Shown here: in pieces, positions 27,089 to 38,627 of the stretch
Position numbering within the stretch: position 1 is the first letter of the stretch
How the letters are laid out: each line of letters begins with the position of its first letter
Assembly (NCBI GenBank): GCA_045837725.1
Contig: JBEWZL010000011.1
Coordinates: 434,001-498,000 of the forward strand
Direction: 5' to 3'
DNA: 64,000 nt
Source: Vermamoeba vermiformis
Taxonomy: Eukaryota
The notes under the pieces: model-generated
What the model was told of the DNA's origin: nothing
What the model saw: only the letters and a program-made list of their open reading frames with translations
The model's database searches: none
Position numbers and translations under genes: made by a program

Positions 27089-30000
27089 ATGAGAAGACCA
27101 AGCTTCGTATTTTACGCGGTCTTTTTCTACCTCAATTACTACCTTGGTACCTTTTGGTACTTGATCTTCACTGCTCTTATTGCCGTAGGCCTTGCTTTCG
27201 CAATTAAAAGGTATTTTAAATTTAATATAAATATTTTTGACGCTAATTAATCCGCCTAGATTCGTATTTTGGAAATATTTAACGCTTGATCCTCCATCCA
27301 ACGCCGCAGTTTTGATTACCGGCACTTCAACTGGCATAGGAAAAGGATTTGCACTTCGGTTAGCTCAAGCAGGAGTGACTGTAATTGCTACTGTTCGTCG
27401 TCAAGAGGATGCGGACAAATGGCAAAAAGAGCATCCAGAACTCGTTAAATTCATTAAACCCGTTATTTTAGGTAACGCAAAATAATATAATAATATTATT
27501 ACTAATTATGATGCTATTTAGACGTTTCAAATGAGCAAAGTATCGTAGCTGCAGTTCCGATCGTCAAAGAAATTTTAAAAACCGAGCAAAAACAATTATA
27601 TTCTGTAGTTAATAATGCCGGTATCGATGAGATTTGTCCTATGGAATTATTATCGAAGGAAAACTTCGATAGAGTGATTGGAAGTAAGCCAATATTTTCA
27701 TGAACTACATCTGGGATCTTTCACTAACTTTTTAAAACTTCAAAAGCGAACTTATGGGGTCCTATTGCCGTCACTAAAGCCTTCTTGCCGTTGCTAAGAA
27801 TCGAAAGGTATTGTAAAAATGCATTTGGGTATATTTGGGGGGCATTGGGAGGATTATTTGATGGAAAATCAATGTTTTGTAAGATTTTAATAAAATTTGA
27901 TGTTGGCCCTTGAAATTACTTGCAAAAATCTGCAAATTTTCAATCATTGCTGCCCCATTCGGAAATCATTAGCAATTTCCAAATTAGGAAGGTTGCTAGC
28001 ATAAACAATGCTTTACAGCATGTACATACCATTCCAACTTGTCCCGTCAAATTCTGTCAATTACTAACTGTTTGCCAGAGTGCTCCAAGGTGGAAACAGG
28101 CAGTTAGTGTAACTAGCAAATATAACCATATATGGCAGGAGGTTATGGACATCATAAGTGGACCTTTACAAAAAACAATGATTTGAACTTGCCGCGCCAA
28201 ATTCCGGCAATTACTAACGACTTCCTTGTTGCTCGTAATCCTTGTAAATTCTGTTTTTTAACTGAAATTTCGGGATTTGACAGTAATTACCAAATTAGGA
28301 AAGGATGGGGCAGTTGGCATTTGTTGCACCATGGTTACTAAAGTTGAAACTTGTCCCGACAGTTTTTATCAATTACTAACGATTTGCTGATCACTTTACT
28401 ATATTTCTATATTAGGCAAGTAGAAAACTCAGTTTTCACCTGGGAAGTGCAAGGCATATAAATGATGAAGGGAAACTGTTAGTAATTGCCAGATCATATG
28501 CACACAAGTGCCAAGAGGAGTGTTTTGCAAATGTCCACCTCATGGACCCCTGATATGCACCACAAATTTCCTTTTTAGGCTATTCCATGCTATATACTTG
28601 CTTTTTGCACTGTATTTGCCCTAGGAACACTCAAGTAAGCATCAGACTCCAATTCTTTTGTGTACCATGATCTGGCAACCTTCAAAGCATCAAATCATGA
28701 TTACAAACCAGTGAAACACTTCCTAATATGGGCACCTTAGAGTAAAATGGGGTTTTCCCAGTTGATTTTCAAGAAAACAGGCTGTAACTTCAGCTCTACG
28801 GCATATTTTGATGTGCCGTTTTTTTTGTTCAACTTGCACTTCCATGTACTATGGGTTTTCTGAATAAAAAAATGAAATATACCCAAATGCATTTTTACAA
28901 TACCCTCCGATAAGACAATACACTCCTAAAGGCCGAGCTAAAGTATTGTAAGTCTGTTCCTCATAGGCGCGAACATAGCGGTTGACACGTGTCATTTTTC
29001 TAGCTTTTTGTCAAGCGTCGGAGTTTATCTTCCGCTCGCGTTTAACGGAATTTATGCCGCTAGCAAAGTAGTAAGTACTATAATATTTAATTATCAAATT
29101 TTAAGTCATTCTAACAAATTTTTTAGGCGCTTGAATGCGTTGCGGATGTACTTAGAGTTGAGGTCAAACCGTTTGGAATCGATGTCTCTGTTATACAACC
29201 TGTACGTATATATTCCTTAACCAACTGGAAGTCTACACGGTAGACGTACCAGAATTTGGACATGGCTGCTCCCATTTCTCATAAATAAGCTCAATAGTAG
29301 CCCAGGCTATCGTCTGTTGAGTAAATCTGAAGCAAACTGACTATCCCCAAACTCTCAGTGCCTACACACGAGGTTTTTTGCGTCAAAGCTGCCTCAGGCA
29401 CTTTCGTGCTCATGCTACACCACAACGTGTTACATGCTACTAACAGTTAGCCTAGCAGGTGATTATGTGAATAAATCTGAAGCAAGCTGACTATCCCCAA
29501 ACTCTCAGTGCCTACACACGAGGTTTTTTGCGTCAAAGCCGCCTCAGGCACTTTCGTGCTCATGCTACACCACAACGTGTTACATGCTATTCACACAATA
29601 GTTAACTGATAACTCCTTGTACAAAACTTAAAGATTTACACCTTTGAATTTCTTCCAGCACTTCTTGTGTAAGGCAACTTTGCACTGAATGCACTTGTAG
29701 CTAAGGCAATTAATTAGTTTGACAAAAGTACACCTACACATACTTACAGTGTAGAAGAAGATATCTTTTGAGTTTGACAAAAGAAACAACGCTTGGAGTT
29801 GCCAAATTCGTACGCACAGGTGTGGGTGTATGGATTATGCTTTCCACTGGCGCGCACAAGATCTAACGCTTCTATTGTGTAGTTTCGTTTCCTTTTTGAT
29901 TGGAATTCCTCTACCAGGGAGCGCGCTAAATTGGCAAGAAATTTCTTGGCAGGAATATCACTGTTGGTGAGTCTTTTGAAGAGTGTTTCTGCCTGAACTT

Positions 30001-33000
30001 GAGCAGAGCGCTCCCAATCTGCAAATACTAAGCGCTCTGTTACTTTTCGAATCCGGTAGGGCCACTTAAACTTCTTGGCTTTGGAGTTATGCTTATCCAC
30101 AGAACTGAAGTATGTCCGATATTGTTGCACCAAGTGGGGAGCAGAGTATGCAAGCTTTTTCTTTTTGTTTCCATCAATTACTTTTTCAGAAATTGAGGCT
30201 GCTGTTCCTCGATTACTAGCCCAGTGACAGGTCTTGCCTTGAGGGTCATAGAATGACATGATGATATCTGAGTCGTTTGTTAAGCTGCGCCATTGTCCTG
30301 GCTGTAAACAATGAGCAAGGTTGTTTTGAAACAGGTTAGGGTGTGATGTTCCAATAATGCCAACAGTGTATCCAATATTGTGCTTTTGCAGGTGCTGCCA
30401 TAGTGAGGAAAACTCTCTGTCACAAAATACATGATAGTGTGATAAGTTTCGAGTTGTCAGATTGTTCCATTCTTCATAATTTGTGGGTTCTCTAATAAAG
30501 TCATAAACGTGCCTTTGTTTGTCAGGGAGTCTTGACAATAAAAAACTGACGGCTTTTTCCAAATCGAAATTTGTCTTTGATGCTCGTGGAAACATTGTTT
30601 TAAATGGTAGAGGTCTTTGCGAAAGTTGACCTGTTTTGAAGGCGTGATATAACTCTCGCCATTTCTTGAACTTGTCTGTTATGGTAGCAAACAGTCCATA
30701 TCGAGGAATGAAGCCAGACATCCATCCACTTTCATCAATAATGACATATTCTAACATTGCCCAAGGGAATGGCTTGCGTAATCTGTAAATCTTGTAAATT
30801 GACCTTCCTTTCCAAGCATTTGCTTTATCATCTAAAGCAAGGTGGCTGAATGGCACCCATATTTCTGAGTAGGTTTGATTCAGAGCTGCCCAAACAAAGT
30901 ACACATCATACCTAAGACCAAAGGTAAGAACCATTACAGTGAGTGAACAACGAACTTACTTTTTGTTCCGGTGTATAAACTTGAATTCATCTTTTAGCAT
31001 TGTTTTAGCAATCCACCTGTTGCCCCACATGGCGCGTGAATGCAAAAAGGAGGCCCAAGAGTCATCAACAGAATGACCTGGCGATAATTGTTGTGCAATT
31101 CTAACACCAAGATAAGCGCGCAAATCGACTGCTTTGATGTGCAGATTTGCATCTGTTGTTTTTTCAATATGTTCAATTATGTCATTCATCATAAGTAAGT
31201 AACAGTCAAGCTCTGTGACACGTAGTGTTGAAGACAGTTTTGGCTTTCCCAGTTGATGACGTATTGCATTAATTTTTGTTAAGATGAGCTGGTGCTTTGG
31301 TCCTGGGTTTGTCAATGGTTGAGAAGTTTTGGGCTTGAATTTACTCCCATCGTTTTTCCACCCAGACAGTTTTGCTTGAAGTTTAGCTGCCAGTAATGGT
31401 TATCAAAATGATTAATGAATGAGAAATCAATACCTTCTTTCACTGCTGCAGGACTTGCGACTTCTGATGTCTCTTCATTATCTTCTTCAATTGATTCACT
31501 CATATCATCACTTTCGTTTGCTTCATATTCACTATCTGATATCTCTATTGGATCACTTTGACATGATGTTGAGTCCCATTCCATAAAATCATTAAATTGC
31601 TGTGATTCATTTCCAATAATTCGTGTGGGTCTGGACTTGGTTGGGGATGAAATACGCTGTGTGCAGTACACTAAGATATAAGCACTTGCAATTCCCTCAA
31701 ATAACCTCTGCATGAAGTCTTTGGGAGCCTACATTGAGGTTAGAACCTGCAAAATGGCATACTTTGACTACCTTTGAGACGACTGCATCATTGAGTTCAA
31801 GCCATTGGTTGTTCGCAAGGCTGTAGGTTACGTAGTGACCCTGTTTAGCAGTTCCTTGGTGCACTATTATTGATTTGAGTTGGTAGGTCTCTGCATGACC
31901 ACTACAACTGAGCTTTGCTGGAATAACTAGAGTTGACTTGAAGTGAAACTTCGCTTCATTCTTGTTGCCCAGATTATCAAAACGCTTAAGGTGGAGGACT
32001 AATGCAGTGGGGAATGTCAAAAATTTGTGTGAACCCCAGTCCTTATCATTGAATAAGTTAAAATCCAAGTCTTATGCAAATGTTACGTACACTGCTGAAA
32101 AGTTGAACTAAACTGTCCACAACATTGCCGGGGGCAACTGGAATTGAAATATCTAAATTATAAAGTCAATTGAAATTAAGTCGAGTTGCAGCAGTCATTT
32201 GTACCTATAAAAGGCTCCATTAATTCTGAACCATTACGTTGTAAGGCACCACCAAAAACTTGCTTTATAATTCGCTTGAACTCAGAGTCTTCAGTTAACT
32301 TGTCCAATAAATTGAGCAGAAACTCTTGTAAATCACGGTGTTCTTTTTGGTAGCTTGCTTTTGATATTTTCAATAGCCTTGTTAATGGTTCGATATGAAT
32401 TGTTTTATTACTCTTCATAAGTGTGATAATCTGTCGAAATTCAATCGCAAGTTTGTGTGTAGGTTTTGATGATATAACAAGCTCACGGAAAGCTTCAATA
32501 CTAAATAATAGCTGTAAAGAACTGCTAATGTAGCATGTGGCACCAAGGTTTACTACTTTGGCCATTGCCGAGGCACTTTTCGAGGTCGCGTGTGGTTCGG
32601 ATCTAACACATCAAAAATAAACTGAGTAATCATTAGCCATGTATAAAGTGATAATAACTCACCACTATTGTGCGAAATTTACTGGAATTTGTTTACAAAG
32701 ATGGCAGAAAAAACTCAAACAATAGAGTCCGGGTCCCCTAAATCGCCTGTACAAAATCTTCTCAATATGAAGTCGCACACCTATCAATAAGATTGTATTA
32801 ATAAGAGTGTTACAAATCGAAAGTACGACCCGAATAGTTGCAGCACAATGGCCGAACAGATCGGAGGCGTTAATTTTAAAAAATAATTCAAAATAATTCA
32901 AAAGTGCTTGTAATTGCTTACGAGGCACTCTATTATTAATATTATGATTTATCGCGATGGAATTAGTCGTTAATTTTGTTGTGATGCGAAGATCAGAAAA

Positions 33001-33631
33001 AACAAATCCAGCATCTGGCTTACCAACCAAAAGTTACGGCACTTCGCATCAATTGCCGTCAATTCAGGGACCACTTTGTACAGAAATATAACTTTAAGAT
33101 ATAAGTGTGGTCGTTCTATGTTGAAAAACGTAATTTTATTGTTACAGTCGACTGCGAAATATAATTTACTGATATTTAAATTTACTAATTACTATTTTTA
33201 GGGTGGTTTTGAAGGCGCTATTTTTGGTAAATTAGTTGCGACCTTCAAACAGTTTGCTGAAAGCCAAGCCAATAATCCAAGTACGTCCTATATGATATTA
33301 TATCTCCTTATTTACCAATTATATAGTCTATGATCTTTATAAGCCGCTTGGAGACAGATTAGAACAAACGGTTGAAACCAGATTTAAAAAGACTTTGAAT
33401 CCGGTCAGCATTTTAGCGGAAGAATTATACCACGCTCTATTCGATAGATATACTTCATATACTATTGCTTCAGGTACGTATCACATGCCTTTGAACGAAC
33501 ATAATTTCGGAGCGCTAACTTTTATCGGCTTAGGTTTTGACGCCGCGATTGCAGCTACTATTTATTGGTTGTTGCCTGACTCTGTAATGACTAAATTCGC
33601 CGCATTGTTAAACAAGTTGACTTTCCAATAA
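27089..33631 (+). CDS. Short-chain dehydrogenase/reductase (retinol/17-beta-HSD-like) with N-terminal TM segment, carrying two transposon insertions
   Basis: VLITGTSTGIG (TGxxxGxG), VVNNAG, KAFLPLLR..., FLSSVG, catalytic YAASK, VSVIQP|GGF across a 4-kb intron (about 29202-33201). Confidence 0.88.
27800..28911. mobile_element. Non-autonomous TIR element (1112 bp) inserted in an SDR coding exon, 4-bp TSD AAGA
   Basis: About 37-bp TIR ATCG(A/G)A(A/G)GGTATTGTAAAAATGCATTTGGGTATATTT. AAGA at 27796-27799 and 28912-28915. Excision restores LPLLRQYTPKGRAKV. Internal repeats of CAATTACTAAC and CCAAATTAGGAA. Confidence 0.9.
29322..29589. repeat. Two 118-bp direct repeats (29322-29439, 29472-29589; period 150 bp) downstream of the transposase stop
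   Basis: The copies differ at two positions. The unit contains GCAC-GAAA-GTGC on the minus strand and longer complementary segments. Confidence 0.9.
29628..32565 (-). CDS. USP (peptidase C19) deubiquitinase - piggyBac transposase fusion, 7 exons, 886 aa
   Basis: Exons 32565-32205, 32152-32091, 32041-31763, 31728-31434, 31386-30960, 30911-29748 and 29700-29628 total 2661 nt, and every GT-AG junction is phase-compatible. USP boxes NLGATCY, DLQEF, LHLKRF, HQG...GHYVTY, WLELND, AYILVY. piggyBac motifs LALDD...WKGR, VFCDREFSS, YFSSVDKHN and C-terminal CFFC...CIQC...LHKKC. Confidence 0.85.
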
Positions 33632-33889
33632 ATCTGACTTTAAATTTTTCTTGCCTCGAGTGGATGTAGGACAAGTTTATTTTCTCTGAGCTTATAGTGA
33701 TTAAGACCTAATTTCTAATTGTAATTCTGACTCCAGTAGTATCATAACCGTAGTTTCCACGGCATCCCCATAACAACAGAACAGTCGATGACCGCCAGCT
33801 TGAACTTGGATCAATAACAAAATAGTCAAAATTCAACGGGGAATGTCAACAAGATATTTTACAATTTAATTACAAAGAATAATAGGCTA

Positions 33890-36800
33890 CTAAGCTACTG
33901 GTGTATGAGAACTACTATTCTCGGAAATTTGAACGTTGAATCCCAGATCGCGCAACTTTTCAGCGTCTTCTTTTGAAATGCAGTCGCTTAATATAGTAAC
34001 TTTTCTTCCTATTAAAGCCAAGCTTATCGTCCTTAAATCTTTCATAATTTTGTCCGTGACATTAAGTGTCACTCTTTCGAGGCCCAAGAACCTCAACTTC
34101 AGTTGCGGAATAATGTACGGCAATAATTCCGCTGCATTTCCAAGCTGCTGGCAAAGGCTGAGATCCAGTGTTTGGAGATTAGGACAATTTTTCAATAACG
34201 ATCTGGCTGCTTTGATATTGATGTTGTTTTTGACCATGAATAACGATTGCAGACTGGCACTTGCCAAATTTGGCGTGTAAGAATTGTAGCACATGTTGAT
34301 GATCGCGAGAAATTTCAATCCTGACAGCGCTTTGAATCCATCGTCGGTGAACCCCTCGCAAGCAACAATACTAAGGTTCACTAGGCTAGGACACTTCTTT
34401 GCAATAAGTTTCAGCGTCACGTCTAAAAAAATCAGGATCAGACTTTGACACTTTATTTTGACACGTGTCAATGATGACGTACCTGTCAAGCGATTGTTGC
34501 CGTCAATTAAAAGCTCTCGAAGACCTTCTCCGCACCGTTCGAATAAGGCCTCCATGCCAGAATCTAATTGCAAAAAAGTCAGCGAAAATTTGTGTTGGGA
34601 GAACGTGCTATGGCATGACTTTTGGTCACGTGTGTAAAGTTAGTAATTAATTCTTACCTGTCACTTTATCACAGTACGTGATGCTCAACGAGCTCAGTTG
34701 ATTGCATCCGATGCCAATTTGTTCGAGCATTTTGTCGTCGATCAAAGCCAATCCGTCTAGTGCTAGTGACTGCACTTCAGTTCCGTACAAAACCAAAAAA
34801 TTCAAGTCGCGCAATGTGATGGCGCTGATAGATGGGTTAAACACGATATCAAAACAGCTCTGAATGATGCTCGGATGAACTGCTTTCTTCTTCTCTTTGA
34901 TGTTACGGATCAGCTCGAGCGTCTTTTCTTTGTTTTTCAAGACTCGATAGACTTTGATAGCTTTCAAAAAAAACGTATCTGCTAGCTCTGATTCGACTAT
35001 AAACGCTGTTTCTAAACAAATCTCCACGTAAAAGATCAACAATGTTTCACTGAAAAATATCTTAGTCACGTGGCCAAATAAAGATAGATCTGGTCAAGGC
35101 TTACCTTCCAGGATAAATTCGCAAAGCGTCTTCCATCATGCCAATAGACTGCTTTAATAGGCTCATGCGTTCAGGTTGATTTGGTTGCTGTCGTGCACGA
35201 AGAACGAGATTACGTGACTCAGCAATGGAAACGACTGGCAACCGTTTAATCTTTGCAGTTATGCTTTCTATATCGGGTAATACGAAGCAGTAATTGGCAG
35301 GGTTTTTCGCGACTTCTTCAATAGAGGCTTGTGAAAAAATTATTCCGGAAAGTTCCTGTGTGGATCTGGTTAGAAATGTTGCGACGGAATAACTTTGTCA
35401 TACCTGAATACGGCGGAATAATCTATGGAACCCAACCTTCTTGATAAGATATTTGAGTGGGCTGGTAACGATATCCCGCAGATCGTCGTCTGGAACAATC
35501 GATGTATATTTTTTGGCAGATTGACACGCGGTTTGTTGCGAGCACGAGCACATAAATCCGCTTGCTGTATTGGCGTGATGCGATACTTTGTGTCCGTGAG
35601 ACTCATGGCACTGTTTAATGCACACGGAACAAATTCCCTTGGAAAAAAAATTGCTGTTAGAACCCACTTTTCCAAATATGGCAATACGTTACCTTAGCAC
35701 CCGTAAGCCCGCAACTGAAGCACTTGAAAGTAGTCATCGGGACACGGATTTCTCCGTACTTTGCCGTCGGACAAACTCCTTCTAAGATCGCAAAGGCGTA
35801 CTTAGTGGACGGATCTGTAGCGTCACGTGTCAATTCTTCCGCGGTTGGAAATCCTTCAAAACTGTCACGCAGAGTCTTATGCAACAGATGCCAAAACTCG
35901 TTAGTCGATTCTTTGTATTCAAATGTTCCTAGCACTTTGTTGCACATGTGCGCAATCAATTCTTTGTACGATTGCTCGGCCATGGATCTGACGCAAAAAC
36001 CGTGAGTTACCATATTAGGAAATAACAATTACTTACTGTAATGACCTCTTAGCGTCCCTTAGCATGTGCCACAAGCTATTTTTGATACTTCTGGCCACCA
36101 TTTCCAGGAGTAAAATTAGCTTGAAGTACGAGGATAGACTGTGTTTGTAGATCTGGGCCAGATATCTGAAGTGCATTAGATAACCTATATTTCTCGTGTA
36201 GCGTTCATGAAAAGTACCTTAAGTTAACGCCCGACGCGTGCAAATATTCTAATACTTCTTCCATCGTCAATTTTTCACTGTGTCTGTCGAGCAAAGTTGC
36301 GACCTTCGGGATAACTCCGGTCAACAAATTTTCAGTGGCCGCTCTGATATTTGCAGCATGCTCTTCTCTCTTAGGCTCGTGTATATCAAAAGAAGGGCTA
36401 CAGGCGTCTATATAAAATGTGTCAGTCCTCGCAGATCCCGATCTGAAACGGGCCTACCTGAACTCAACGGCTTGCTATAGCTCTTTACAAATTCTGGTCG
36501 GAACATCTTAAACAAGAAGCACCCTCTAATTCTCTTATCAGGAAAGGTCGGTGGCATCAATCGAGCGGTGTCTGCAAATGACACGTGTCAGATCTAGGAT
36601 CGGTATCGAAAAATGCTTAATATACTTACCAAGCAGGTAAAATCGTCCATCTTCACCTAAATGACCTTCAATATCTACAGGGAATGATATTCTTTTCGCT
36701 GCAAACCGTTGCATGCCAGCTGTGTGTTCGGCAAGGTTCAATCGTTTAGCGAGCTGTTCACGATATTTTAGCAGGCTTGTTAAATATAACACCGACTTAC

Positions 36801-38201
36801 TTCATTCATTTTCTCATTGAGGTCGTTATTAGAAGCCTTCACAGTCCTTAAAATCAAAGTTAATCACTATACTATAATCGCTATTCAACTTACTTTCCAC
36901 CGTCATCCGATCCATACATGAGTGTTGTATTTGACACGGGAAGTAGTGCAATGGCTACTAAGCGGAATCCAAGATAGTCGATCTACGCGTACATTAAGCC
37001 ACGAGAATATTAAGACAATCTTTGACTTACTAAACACATGAGTGGCGTGCATAGTCCTTCTATGTCCGCGTCTTGCACGCTCATTAAGCACAACATTTCT
37101 TGATTGGCTGCCTAAAAATACGCTTCTATTAGCTCAAGTTTATTATATCAGACAGTCTTACCTTCATAGCAGCATGATCTCCTCCATAAATGCCCTTCCA
37201 ATCGACTGCAAATTTGAACAAGATACCGTTGTAGATGAACTTTTCACCTCCTGCGCTTCCTCCCACAGCAAAAGGCTTGATTGTCCTGAACTTATTCTTC
37301 ACGAAGACCTCGGATATGATAATTTTGCCGTACATTTGAGCTATAGAATGCATCAGTAAAAATTGAATATTGGGTCAAAGTGGCGTACCTGTGGACTCGA
37401 AGTCTTGCGTCAGACTCGCAATTGATTTGTATTTCTTTAATTGCTCAGCGACAGTCGTTGGTTCAACTTCCATAACTCGCCTATATTCCGCGTTCCAATC
37501 ACGTGGGTTTCCTAACTCGACTTTGATTTTGCTGCTGGTCCGTGCCACTTTCTTGAGTTCTTTGCTCTAAATCAATACGATAAGCAATAGTATTTCGATA
37601 TAGTACTATTTCTAAATAGACTTACGAATTTATCGAGAAGACCAGAAATTTGTTTTTCTTTGTCGGCTGGTTCAATGAGGTTGTCTTTGAGTAGTACTTT
37701 AATATCTGTTACTAGAGTTTCGCTGTCACTGATCACACGTGTAGTGCACATTTTTTGCTGCTCTGAAGCAGGAAGATCGTCATTTAGGGTAAACCTAGTC
37801 GCAGTCGAATCCGTGCGATCGGATCTGGCCGACGTGACTTCTTCATTAACTGGCTCGAGATGATGATGATCTACGTCATCCCTGAAGCCAGTTGGATCGA
37901 ATTGTGTTTGTTGTAAAGCTGTTTGTAATACTCGTAGTGACTTCTTATGGAGCAGTTTTCTGTTTTGAAGGTTTGGACGAGATGGCAAAGAGAGCATGTC
38001 CAAACTCTTTTGGCCGATATACGACAACCTATGTGTTAATAACCTTGCATTTTCATGGTGATCGTATTCTACGTCGTCGTCATTTTCTTCTTCAGAGGAG
38101 CTGTAATCGACCTCTCCGTCGAGATCAATGGGTTCGCCCGTAAAATAAGCCATATTATCTAAAAAAACATCGTCAATATATTTCTCTAATTTTTCATGCA
38201 T
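33890..38201 (-). CDS. Clu-domain protein with UBR-like zinc finger and C-terminal LRRs, paralog 1
   Basis: RDWNAEY, GGEKFIYNGILFKFAVD, YLGFRL, YGSDDGG, PVDIEGHLGEDGRFYLL (Clu-type core). CFSC...ICSVCIKQCHESHGH...FMCSC. F-box-LRR-type repeats (CPSLVNLSIVACEGFTDDG, CPNLQTLDLSLC). Confidence 0.78.
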
Positions 38202-38627
38202 TTTGGTGATTAATAAAAATTCTAATTCAATTGAATTGGATGTAACGGTCGGATGTCCCAGATTTCACGTTCATTGAAAGATACGTAAGCTTGCCTTTTC
38301 TTTTATTATATTCTCAGATTCTCGGGAATTAATTCCATGACGCTATCCTTATCGGTCGAGTCGCTTCGTTTCCGATCTGCCTCGTTTAGTAACGTAGGTA
38401 AGACCCGCTAGATAGATTACTTAATCTATGTTGCCTATCATACACGTATAATAGAATTACCGTGGTGACAAAAAACATGATTGATTTCGTCGGGTCGCGT
38501 GGATTCTATTTTGAGGCATTGCGCCACCAACAGTTTTGAGACCCAAGTACACCGCATATTAGGATCGATTTAAGGTTAGTAGTTTATTTACAAGTTTGAC
38601 GACAGATCCGCAGAGTCGGGGGTGGAA

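Larger units (their letters stand above)
29221..33175 (-). mobile_element. piggyBac-like DNA transposon inside an SDR intron (right boundary uncertain)
   Basis: Left end TTAA|CC at 29217-29222, typical of piggyBac. Encodes a piggyBac-type transposase. Joining TTAA 29217 to TTAA 33176 would leave an ordinary short intron of about 40 nt, but no matching inverted repeat is visible at the right end. Confidence 0.72.

Noticed and set aside
29231-29245. Hairpin GTCTAC-ACG-GTAGAC as a Helitron 3' end
   Set aside because: No CTRR terminus and no Rep/helicase; the TTAA|CC end and the transposase point to piggyBac.
29322-29589. Direct repeats as a CRISPR array, hammerhead ribozyme or Fanzor omega-RNA
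   Set aside because: Only two long units; no CUGANGA core in the right context; no TnpB/Fanzor or Cas ORF in the element.
32665-33030. 121-aa minus-strand ORF upstream of the USP start as an extra coding exon
   Set aside because: The apparent intron at about 32603-32662 joins it with stop codons in the USP frame; more likely 5' UTR or non-coding.
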